Below are positions 50,801 through 62,800 of a stretch of 64,000 nucleotides of DNA, in pieces (position 1 is the first letter of the stretch; each line of letters starts with the position of its first letter). The notes below the pieces were generated by a model. The model was not told where the DNA came from and made no database searches. It worked only from the letters and a program-made list of their open reading frames with translations. The translations under genes and the position numbers were made by a program. The stretch is from Cyanophora paradoxa CCMP329 (lineage: Eukaryota > Plantae > Glaucophyta). Where the stretch lies: contig QPMI01000117.1 in assembly GCA_004431415.1 (NCBI GenBank), positions 1 through 64,000 on the forward strand. The letters are read 5' to 3'.

Positions 50801-53800
50801 CCCGAGCCCGCCGGCGTCGAGGTCAGCGCGATGCCGGAGCTCGGGTCGCTCGGGAGCGAGACCGCGAGCGGCGACGAGGCCGGGCCCGCAACGCCGTTGC
50901 TGTCAAACGGCACCACCTGCAGGGCCGAGGCGCCGCCGTTGGTCGGCAGGCCCGAGACCGGGACGGACGTCTGGTTGCCGGGGACCGACGCCACGGGCTT
51001 GCCGTCCTTGAGGACGGTGTACGAGGCGGGCGAGCCCGAGGCCGGGCGCTTCCACGAGAGGGTGGCGGAGCCGGGGCCGCTGCCGTTGAAATCGCTGAGC
51101 GCGAGGCTCGAGGGGGCGAGTGGTGTCGCAGGTGGCACGTCGACGTTCGAGCTTGCAATGCCCGCTCCGGGACCGGACGAGGGTCCATATGGAGTGGAGA
51201 GAACGCTGCGGTCTTCCGGGCCTGCGCCAGTGTACGGACCTGGCGCTGGTCTCGATCCGCTGTTGATGGGGTGCGAGACAGGGCCAACAGCGCCAAAGCG
51301 GTCCAGTGGCACTACCTGGTAGACGCTCCCGGGGTTGCCGTCTTTCGGAGATACATCGTAGGCGCTTTGAATTGGCGAGACGGTGGCGATGACCTTGCCG
51401 TCGCCGATCACTGCGTAGCTAGCGGGGGAGCCTGCTTGGGGACGGTTCCACGACAAAGTGTGCGACGTCGACGATCCAAAGAGGGCCGGTGAGGTGGTGC
51501 TGGTGCACACAAGATGCAGGTTTGAAGGCATCATGGCAGCGGGGCTCGCCGATCCAGCGCCTGAACCAATCGGATACGAGGCGAGCGGAACGCTGTTGCT
51601 GCTCTGGCCTACAGGAGAGCCGGATGGCGACAGGGGAAGCACTGAGAAGAGGGATTTGGCTGCAGAAGCCAGGGCAATGTTCCGAGAAGTGAATGTGTTT
51701 ATCCTCGATGGGGACGCTTGGACGGTTCCGATTTTCTGACCATCTTGCAACACAGCAAAACTGAGCAAAACAGCGCGGGTCAGCCTTCATTACGAATGAT
51801 GATGAGGGACGAAAGCATCGAACTTTAGCTAAAACGCACCTTGAAATACTGCTCTGGTCGGCAGGGCTAGTCCACGCCAGCAGCGCGCTCGGGCTGGCAC
51901 TGGCCGCGGAGCCCGCCGGCGTCGCAGTCAGTGCGATGCCGGAGCTCGGGTCGCTCGGGAGCGAGGCCGCGAGCGGCGACGAGGCCGGGCCCGCAACGCC
52001 GTTGCTGTCAAACGGCACCACCTGCAGCGTTGTCGCACCCCCAGTGGTTGGCAGTCCCGGGACCGGGACGGAAGTCTGGTTGCCGGGGACCGACGCGACG
52101 GGCTTGCCGTCCTTGAGGACGGTGTACGAGGCGGGCGAGCCCAAGGCCGGGCACTTCCACGAGAGGGTGGCGGAGCCGGGGCCGCTGCCGTTGAAGGTGC
52201 TGAGCGCGAGGCTCGAGGGGGCGAGCGGGCTGGGGGCGGGGGCGTCCACGCCAGAGCCGGCGATGCCTGCTCCCGGACCCGACGAGGGGCCGTATGTGGA
52301 AGAGGGATCAACAGGTGTACGGAAGCCAGTGCTGGAGTACGGGCCAGGGGCCGGGCCGAAGCTGGAAACAGGACTAGTGCCAGGGCCGACGTTGCCGTAG
52401 CGATCGAGAGGTGCAACCTGGTAGACGCTGCCCGGCTCGCCGCCCTTCGGCGAGACGTCGAACGAGGTCTGGCTCGCCGGGACGGTGCCGAGGACCTTGC
52501 CGTCGCCGATCACGGCGTAGCTCGCGGGGTGTCCCGCCCGAGGCGGGCTCCACGAGAGGCGGCCCGACGAGCCGAAGAGGCCCGGCGAGCTCGCGAGCTG
52601 CAGGTTCGACGGCGCCATGTCCGCGGGGCTCGCGGGGCCCGCGCCGGAGCCGGCCGGGTACGAGGCGAGCGGCACGCTGTTGCTTGCCTGCCCGAAGGGC
52701 GTACCGTTCTGGGACAAAGGTATGACAGAGAAGAAAGACTCCGTGGCCGAGGGAGGAAGGCTCTTGATAGTGAACGCGTTGACGCCCGTAAGGGATGGCT
52801 TCGCAGTAGCCACCCTAACGCCGTCCTTGAGGATCGCGTAACTGCAATGGTTGCATAAAAACGTGCTATAATCAGCAGCTCATATTTTCATCGAATGGGC
52901 TGGATCGCACCCTGCAAGGCCACCGGCCGCACGATCGCGATCGGACCCAAGGGCGGCCGACGGAGTCGTCCACGACAAGAGGGCGCCAGGGGTCGTCTCG
53001 GGACCGGAGACAGTTGATGTGAGGGCGATGCCGTTGACGGGGTCGCTCGGGAGCGACACCGCGAGCGGCGACGAGGCCGGGCCCGCGACGCCGTTACTGT
53101 CGAACGGCACCACCTGCAGCGTTGTCGCACCCCCAGTGGTCGGCAGGCCTGAGACCGGGACGGAAGTCTGGTTGCCGGGCACGACGGCGATGGGGTCGCC
53201 GCCCTTGAGAATGGTGTAGCTTGCTGGAAGACCCATTGTCGGGGGGCTCCACGAGAGGGTCGCGGAGCCGGTGCCGCTGCCGTTAAACTTGCTGAGAGCA
53301 AGGTTCGATGGGGCAAGCGTGTCGGGAGCCTTGGCGGTTATTCCGGAACCGGCGATGCCCGCGCCGGGGGCGAGCCGCGAAGTGCTGGAAGGGCCGTAAG
53401 GCGTAGCTGGGGCTCCGGCGACCGACGGGTCGACCCCGCTGACGGCGTGCGCGGGCTGCGATGGGGGACCAACGGAGCCGAGGCGGTCGATGGGGAGGAC
53501 CTGGTAGACGGCGCCTGGCTTTGCAGCTGCAGACACTTCGAAGGTCTTCTGGTTGGCGGGGACCGTCCCCGCGACCCTGCCATCCTCCGTCACCGCGTAG
53601 CTGGCCGGGTAGCCCGCTGCCGGCGGGCTCCACGAGAGGCTGCCGGATCCGGACGAGCCAAAGAGGCCGGGTACGCTCGTGAGCCGCACGTTGCTTGGCA
53701 TCATGGCCGTCGGCGGCGCCGGGCCCGCGCCCGAGTTGACTGGGTACGAGAGCAGGGGAACGCTGCTGCTGGTGGGGCCGTTGGTGCCGCCCGAGGGCGA

Positions 53801-56800
53801 GACGGGCGCGACGGAGAAGAGCGACTCGGCGACGGTGCTGCTCGGCAGGTTCTTCGCGGTGAACGAGTTGATGCCGGAGGAAGACGGCTTGACGACGCCG
53901 ATCTGGCGCCCATCTTGAAACACGGCATATCTTTCGAATCATCGGCGTCAGAATTCGCATAATGTGATATATGTATATCTGAACATAATCGGGTGGGGGA
54001 AATAAACCGATCGCTCACCCCGGAGGACCGCCAGCGCCAGGCTGGAGATCGCCTGCAGGTGTTGTCCAAGAAATCAGGGCGCTCGGGTTGCTCGGATTGC
54101 CGATGGGCGTCGACGTGAGGGCGATGCCGGTCGCCGGGTCGCGGGGCAGGATGGCCGCCAGTGGCGACGAAGGCGGGCCGGCGTAGCCCCTCTCGTCGAA
54201 CGGAACGACCTGGAGCGTTGAAGGGCTGCCGTTGGTCGGCAGGTCCGAGACCGCGATCGAGGTCTGACTGCCGGGCACGGAGCCGGCGGGAGTCCCGTTC
54301 TTGAGGATACTGTAGCTGTGCGGGGTGCCGTTCTGCGGTGGGCGCCAGGAGAGGGTCGCGGAGCCGGGACCGCTCCCGTTAGCGTTGAAGCTGCTGACCG
54401 CGAGGCTGGAAGGGGCGAGCGGGCTGGGGGCGGGGGCGTCCACGCCAGATCCGGCGATGCCAGCGCCAGGGCCGATGAGGGGCCGGTAGGGAGCAGGAAC
54501 TCCCATTCCGGGATCGCCCGACACGGGCAGCGAAGCAGGCCCGACGTTGCCGAAACGATCGATGGGCAGGACCTGGTAGACCTTGCCGCCGCGAGGCACA
54601 TCGGCCGAGGTCGCGCTGCCGGAGACGTTGCCAACCACCTGACCGTCGCTGAAAATCGCGTAATTCCCCGGGCTCCCACTGGCGGGGCTGTTCCAAGAAA
54701 GCTTCCCAGATCTAGACGAGCCGAACAGGCCGAAGCCGGAATCGCTGGTCAGCTGCAGGCCGGTCGGCGCCATCATCGGCTGGCTGGCATTGGGGCCCGC
54801 GGAGGAGCCAACTGGGTACCAAGATATGGGCGCCTTGCTGCTCGGGGCGCCGATGACCTCGCCGCTGGGCGAGATGGGCGCCACCGAGAACAGGGTCTCT
54901 TGGCCGGGGATGAGGCCGGGATTCCGGACGACAAAAGTGTTCACGTCACTGCGCGTCGAGTTCGGGGGCTTGACCGTGCCGATCTGCTGGCCGTCTCTGA
55001 AAATCGCGTAGCCGCCAATGCCGCCAGCTGTGCCAGTCGCGGGCGTGTTCCAGGCAAGGTGGCCGTTGGGGTTCGGGCCGGGGCCCATCGGCTGGGCTGT
55101 GAGTGTAATGCCATTGGGATCGCTAGAGAGCGCCGCGGAAAGCGTGTGGGACGGCGGTCCGGCGACGCCCTTGTCGTCGAAGGGAACGAGCTGCAGCTTG
55201 GTGCACTTCCCGTCGGTCGGCAGCCCGGGAAGCGGGTACGTTGTTCGGTTCCCTGGAACGCTGTCGACGGGCTTGCCGTCGCGGAGGACGGTGTAGCCCG
55301 CCGGCTGACCCGCCAACGGCGGCGTCCACGTCAGTCCACGTACGCTCGAGCCTTTCTCGTCAACCGCGGAAGCCGAGTTTGTGATGGCGAGGTTGGAAGG
55401 GGCGAGCGGGCTGGAGGCGGGCGCCTCGAGCTCGGAGCCCACGATCCCCGCGCCCGGCCCGCTCGGGTCGTAGGGGGTCCGCCACGCGCCGGCCCCGGCA
55501 CCCTTGCCACCGCCCGATCCGACGCCCTCGCCGCCGCCAGTACCGGCGCCCCCGCCTGAACCCGCGTACGGCTCGTAGGGCGCGGTTGCTGAACTCTTGG
55601 GGAAGATGCTGGGTATGCGTAGGGTGCCCTTAACGATCGCGGCGGTGATCCCAACGACGAGCAGGCCCGCGAAGCCGATGCCGAAGGCGAGCGGCAGGAT
55701 GTGCGACATCTGCCGACGAGAGTCATTTTTTAGATTGGCGGTTCAGAGATTGGGTCGCGATGGTCAAGAATATATACCTGGCTGTTGTTGCCGCCGTTTT
55801 CTTGCTGAGGAACTTCAGAAAGGCCTGCGGCAAACGCCGGCTGGCTTGAAGAGAAGAAGTTCGGAACAATTTGGCCGAGAGTAAACTGCGCAAGAGAAAA
55901 ATAAGATATTCGAAGCGCGAAAGGTTGCCTCTCAATCTCGTCCTCTCATGAAAATTTATACTTGCCGTGGTCTGCGCGCAAAAAGTGAATAAGCGAGAGA
56001 TAATTGGAAATTAAACCCCGAGGCTGTGCGCGCTTGCGAACTAAAAAGCGCAGCTTACCAGGTGCGTGCAGAACCCCCGAGCATACCAAACGCCCTGCGA
56101 ACGGTGCGTGAGTTGAAGGTGGCTCTCCGAGGATGCATGCGCTGAACCGCACGCGTACATCTTTTTGGAACAGGTCCCCCGCATCCGTCGCTTTCGGGTC
56201 GGGATTGTTTGCATCGCCGAGCTGGAGAGTTCGAATTCGTTATAAAATAGCGGTCGTCGAGCGTCAAGCTCACAGTGTACTATTGGCTAGAAATTTTACG
56301 CGTACCCACATGTTGATCTTCGGTTTAAGCTTCGTCTGACACGACTCCCAGCTTAGAGAGGTCTCGTTCCAGAAGATGAGGTACTGCTGCTCCGTCGGCA
56401 TCGTTTTTTGCGCTTCGGGGTAAGGGATTTCGATGATGATCGGCTTGTCGTCCGAGAGGCCTGTGATACGGAATCCGAGCACCTGCGCGCAGACCGCAGT
56501 CGTTCAGATCGCCTGTGAATTGGTCGGTATTGAATTGAAGGCGAACGCACCGAAATGTCAACGAAGCCACCCGTGATCTTGACATTACCCGTGGCCTCAC
56601 CCCCCTCGGGCCCCCTCCATACGGGCGGCCACGGCGATCTCTCCATGTTGAGGACCGACACGCCGAATCCTGCAGTCCGTGCCTTCAAATTCGGTACGAG
56701 TCCCTCGCTTTATACAATTAGAATCAAGGGCAGCCGCGCCCGCGCGCACCGTCGGTGCCGTTCTTTGGAACGAAGTCGCGAACCTCGAACGGGAGCTTCA

Positions 56801-59800
56801 CCAGCGCCGGGAACACGCCTTCGCCGCCTTTGGTTGTGTCGATGTTGTAATACACCCTGCAGATTGCAATTGGACTCAGCTTCCAATTCGTCGGCAGGCA
56901 CTTCAACAGATTGCGGAGCTTTCGCACCTTACATCAGTGAAGCAGACTGCTCGCACAAAGCACACGTGTTAAGATAAGATAATAACAATGGAATTAACTG
57001 CAAAAACTCAATTTCTTCACGCACTCTTTCCGGCGGTCTGTGACGATCAGGTTTTCGAGTGCAAATACAGTCGGGTCGAGTCAGCAAAGAAAATACAGGC
57101 AAGAGCGAAACGAAATGGGAGATGAAATAAAGCACCACAGCCGCTGCATCGGCAGCTGCATTACGCAAGCCGTCCGTGCAGCCTCGACAACTGCAGGAGG
57201 GAGAAAAGAATAAGATCCCCGCACGATCGTACGCGTGAACGTCAACGTTTGCGTGGAGGACGGTCGCACTTCGCGAGACGGCCTTGGGGCTGCTTGATAA
57301 GGGTGTTCAACAGGTTCGCGAGCGGATTGCTCGAGCCCGATCCCTCGGTTTGCCCAGTGAGACCTGTGCCAGCGGTGCCGACCCAGTCCGGACTGGCTAT
57401 CGCAGCTGACAATTCTTTGGTGGTCTATGAAATTCGCATAAGTAAACAGAACAAATGACGCAACACGGAGTGTAAGCACGAATGGCGCACTTGGTCCAAG
57501 TAGACGCTGAGGTCGAGGTCCACGAAATCGCACGGGTCTAATGCTGGCTTGCATCTCGACAGCTTCAGCATCAGCGTCGAGTTGAGGAACCTGTTGCGTT
57601 CATGCTCGGTCAATTGCAGATCTAGAACTCGCTCGATTGATATTTACACATATAATATATTATAACATTAATATTGAAAATGAAACGAATTATAATTTCT
57701 CTTCAAGGACGCACGAGCTGGAGGCATCCGCAAGAGCCACAATGGCTTTAAAAGTACTCTCCAGCTCCGGGTACGACTCCGTAAGGTTGCCGGCGTTTCG
57801 AGCAATGTTAGCGCGCTTTTCCGCGACGCTTGCGGCTAAGCAAGCGTCGTCAATTATTTGTTCCAAGTAAGGCGGTTTCTCTACACCTGAACGTCGTGAA
57901 GTCAGCAGCAATCATGATTTATATATAATCAACCAGATTAATATTCCTGTGGCTGGCGACCGTTCGCACCCTTGTCGCTCTTGATCTGGCCGGCTAAGGT
58001 AGAGACCACTTCGGCCTTCAACCCGATAAACTCCTTCTCCGTGATCGCCCCTGAATCGTAAAGCTGCTTGAGCTCTTCTGCGTAGCTGGTGTAGGTCGAG
58101 CTCAAGCTTTCGTTTCGCGGCGTATTCACAGTGATGTTCAGGACAACATCTGTGTGCAAATACAGAATCAGCCACAAAACGTCCGCCAAAAAGCTCTAAT
58201 CTCGATTCAAATTAAGTTTGCACCAGAGCAACCACAGGCGCTGCTAGAGCAGATGGTCGCTGTGAGCACAACCGCGCCAGCGGGGACAGCGCCGGCGGAG
58301 AGGCTCATGATACTGCTCTGCTCGGGCTTTGCAAGAACCCTATCTTTAAGCTGCAGGGTGCAAGGTCAGGGGAAAGGGTGGAAAGATTCATTCAATGGCC
58401 TTAATATTTAAATTTGCGTTCTCAAAGCGCGCGGACCTTGAGGGAGTAGAAGAGCGGCAGTGCCTTTTCCAGTTGGAAGGGCGGCCTCCAGTTGGAGCAG
58501 GTGACTGTGTACTTCGTCGCAAACAGTGTGCCCTCTGTCGGCGAAATCGTGCAGGCCCCGGACTCCGGAGCAGCGTTGCAGACCGGTACCGCCGGATCAA
58601 CGGGTTCCGTGGGCTTCGTGGGGTTCGTGGGGTTCGTGGGGTTCGTGGGATTCGTGGGGTTCGTGGGGCTCGAAGGGTCCGTGGGGCTCGAAGGGTCCGT
58701 GGGATTTGTGGGGTCCGTGGGATTCGTGGGATTTGTGGGATTTGTGGGATTTGTGGGATTTGTGGGGTCCGTGGGATTCGTGGGATTGGTGGGATCCGTG
58801 GGATCCGTGGGATCCGTGGGATTCGTGGGATTCGTGGGATTCGTGGGCGTTGTGGGTGGGACGGGGGCCTGAGAAGGAGACGTGCTTGTAGAGGGGTTCG
58901 TGGGGCCCGTGGTCGTTGTGGGCGGTACGGGGGTCGCGATCGGCCTCGGAGTCGGCCTCGGAGTGGGCGTCGCCGCAACCACGCCGCCGCAGACTTGCGC
59001 TAAGAAGTCTCTGCTGCTCTCGCGATATCCTCCTGCGCGAGGATTTTTTGAAATCAGGTTTGCGAGTCTTTCGAACATTATGCGCTGCCTCCAATTAAAC
59101 GCTCTGACCGAAGCGGTTCATGGCGCGGAGGAAGACGCGATACACGCGGTTTATCAAGCAGCTGGTCTTGAAAGGAGGGTCTAAAGAGTTGAGGTCGAAC
59201 GACGTCGTCGTGTTTGCGATTCCTTTAACCACGTGAGTCACTTGTTCTTGGTCGGCGATGTCGGTAAGATCGTTGTACTCCGGCGGATTAGTTCCGGGCT
59301 TTTGCACAGGAGCAGGAGAAGCCTTGAGCTACATAAGGGCGTCGTGTCAATTCAGGAGCAGAACAGGGGCATGCCTAGTAGAGTGAAACCCTCTAGATAT
59401 TTGTGTAATGAAGTCAGAGCTCACTCGGATCACGAGAATGTTGTAGCCGTACGGTGTGAGACGCTCAGTGTCTTTGGTGCCGTCCGGATTCGTCCACTTG
59501 ACCGTGTAATCGGTGCCAACGGGTTCTGGTTTTGGGGCTGTGAGGGTCTGTCAGTCAATTACACGCTTGCAAACTGTTTGATTGCTTGTACCGTGCCACC
59601 TCTGGAAGTCGAACCATGTTTTGGCGCGCTCCTCGGTAAAGACATAAGCGAATTGGATGCTGAATCCATCTTTGTATATGAGACTAGCCGCGTGCCGCTT
59701 AGTCCAGTCAAACCAGAGAGTGAGCATATCGTTGGCGGTGTTGTTGTATCCAATTGCAGCTTTCGCTGGATCGAGTTTGATTGTATTTATGAGGTTAGGT

Positions 59801-62800
59801 AGGATCTGGGCTGGGTCGTGGGGGTCCAAGCCCAGTCCAACCTGCGCTTTCGCATTGTGGAATCCCTGCTGGCCTTCGTCGTGGACGAGCCTGAGCGAGT
59901 CTCGTGATCAACATGTGCATGCAATTATTGTGATTGACAGGTGTCGCAGCAAAGGGTTATATTACGCATGCATACCCAACGAAGCAGCGTTCTGAGGACG
60001 TTTCAGGAGAAACAGAACGAAAGAAAAAACAACTGCAGGATCAAGAAGCTTTGACTGCGTACCGAACAGGAGGCCTTTAGCTCCGATGGAAGCGATGGTG
60101 CCCTCACCGGCGGCCGCCCCCACGTTGTTTTCGTTGTTTGGTTGCCTGTATATCTTGTTCTTGGTAGCTGGGGACGATCGCGAATGGCGTAAGAAATGTG
60201 GCGTGTGCGCAGCCTAAAGGTATCGACAACGAAAAGTCGAATCCACACCGTGCATCTCTGCATTCATAAGTGAGAATCGTCATGATCAGCGAGATCGAGT
60301 AATTAATCAGGAAAATCAATTATAAAAAATACCCCTTGTTCGCGGCCTTGTCGGCTTTTGGTGACTTGAGCCCCAATCCACATAATTTGTCGCAAAATTA
60401 TTGCCTTCGAGGGTATAGGAGGAGTCGACCGTTGTCGATCCGACGTCATGCGATTGTCTGCAGCAGGTCAGCGCAACATTCGGTAGAACACATTAATATT
60501 TACGAAAAACAAACCGTGATGGGCCCCAGTGTATATATCTGGGATCGCCGCGATCCAGGCCCTTTGGAATTTGCGCGGGGTCTTCAATGCCCGCCAAAGT
60601 GCCTGGTAATCGGCGCGGCAGGGTATCAGTCATGCAACTTCAGCGAACCCGGCATCATGCTTTAAGCTGTGTGCCTGTTGTGCTCTGCTGACACTTACAC
60701 AATATGGGACGCTCCCTTGGTGAAAGACACTGCTTACATGGGTAATGGGTACATAAGGGGGCCATTTTTCACTAGTGCACTTAAGGGCGAGGCAGCGGGG
60801 CTAGGCCACGATGCGAGCGGGCCATCTAGGGCCCGCATCTAGGGCCACGATGCCAGAGGTTCCGCATGCCGCAGTGCGCATATATATGGGACGCGCACCC
60901 CTCTCGGCAGATTCCACCCTCGTCTCTATTGTCTCTGCAGCTGCCCTCTCGCGATCGCAGACACATGTTCGAATTCTGAGGGGTGAACACTTAAGGGCCT
61001 CTGGACATAGCCGATCCCCTCCCTCTTGCCGTACGCGTACGCGTACCCCGGGCCGATTAATCTTCTGCGGAATGAATCGAAGCTAGCATATAGCTATATA
61101 TACCTATAGGATACCACATGCCGGGCTCGCACCTTTCTGCTGGTCGATGTCGGGGTCGATTTGCCGCATGTAGTAGGAAACTGGAGGTGTCGGGTTTAGT
61201 TTTGTTTTTAGTAGAGCGGGGGAGGGGGGTGGAAGAGGGGGAAGGGGGGAAGGGGGCCGAAAGGGGGGGCCGGAAAGGAGGGGGGGGGAAAGGGGGGTGG
61301 GGGGGTGGGGGTGGGAATGGCCAGTCGCTTCTGAAGTTCTGTGGGAGGTCCCCACATATGCATATATCCTATGATATACGCGTATATATATACGTACCTG
61401 GGTTATATGAGGATCGATCTACATCATAGTCGGCTCTGTGCGCCGCGGCGAGACCAGCACACGTGAGTCGAAACGCTTAACATTCGTACGATGCAAGAGA
61501 GCGCGTCCGGGGCTCCTGTATAGCTAGAGCTGATCTTAATAAAATATGATTTCGATTAAAACAGCTCACATCACAGTGTAATCGATGTAGATCTCGAAGT
61601 TTTCACCGTCCTCGCGAATAAAGTACCTGGGCGCGCATGTAAGTCATTTGCATGCCGTTTTGTGTTTCCAGAATTAAAAATGTACGTGTGAGTGTGTGTC
61701 AAGCGGAGGGAAGCGTCATTCAACGGATCGAGGGGATCTAGGCTTGGGATGACATGGACCACTGTAATTCCTGAAGGCGGCAACAGAAAAGTCATCACGC
61801 GCTACAAGAATACCACGAATCATAAATTTACCGTCGTCCTCAACAAGAGTCTTGTTGATGCCGATATTCGAAAATTTTTTCCCGACCTTCGCATCAATGC
61901 CAGCTGCATTCACAAAAAGAAATCGATTCCCATGTGGGGTTTGAGAATCTCTCGAAGTAGTGCCCCAGCCTGCGATCGCGAGATGAATACGTGAGAAGAG
62001 CACCAGCTTCAGCAGAGCTGGGCCACATTGCTACGTATGAGGATTAGCAACCTGATTGGCGTTGGCAATCAGGCCCGAAAAATAAGGCCTGCTTTCGCGC
62101 TGCCCTGCATGCAGCAACCTAATTATAACCTAACCATACCTACAGCTGTAGCCTTGAAAGCAACTTTGCATCCAATGCCACATGCACTCATATTTATGCT
62201 TCCTAGCTAAAGTGGCCTCTTGATAAAAGAGATTAATTGCCTCACCTTCAATCGGAAATCCTTGAGTCTGACACAAATACGCGTGTCAGTTCCCATACTA
62301 CGGTAATGCACGGCCAGATATACGTCAAATAAGTTTGCGCACAATGAAATCCTTTTTATTTAAATAAATAGAAATCGTTTGTAATGATCAGTTGACGGAT
62401 GCAGCGAATGGACATGGTTAGAAATCAATTGAAGACGCACGCCACAGTAGGCCATTTGCCTATTGAACCCACGAGCGCAGGTCACAGAATTACTATAAGT
62501 ACACGATAAAATTCTCCTTGCTTAGGTAAATATATTGTAGCTGCACCTTCCGGTCCTGCAGCCTTTTCCCGTTTTCGAGCAAGTCCCGTCCTCTTGGGGA
62601 GGAGTCGCCTCAATGTAGTCATCGTACTCTGCGGCAAATGGAAATATGCAAAAGCGCAGGCATTGCGCAGCCATGGCCCTTTTCGTACCTGGCCACGTGT
62701 TCCACTGTGTGTCAGGCGAATAGAGTGAGTAATGCAGAAGGATCACAAAATTCAAGTGCATAAACTGCATTTCGCACTCCGTCCTTGTCAATATCGACGA

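Noticed and set aside
33959-53923. Array read as ~18 separate tandem genes each starting MPRGADANSRG
   Set aside because: That start lies inside a 76-nt intron with donor, branch point (gctgac) and acceptor; splicing restores one continuous frame.
33962-55559. Long plus-strand ORFs (up to 811 aa) and alternative-frame minus-strand ORFs across the array
   Set aside because: Antisense or off-frame shadows of a very GC-rich coding repeat; Arg/Ala/Gly-rich with no domain signal.
54015-55709. Met 55709 as start codon with a signal peptide
   Set aside because: Immediately preceded by a CAG acceptor and an in-frame upstream exon chain carrying the GPS motif; better read as an internal TM, pending cDNA.
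57938-58189. Standalone SHOCT-like small protein (EELKQLYDSGAITEKEF)
   Set aside because: Flanked by phase-compatible splice sites, so it is an internal exon of the giant gene (helical region after REJ).
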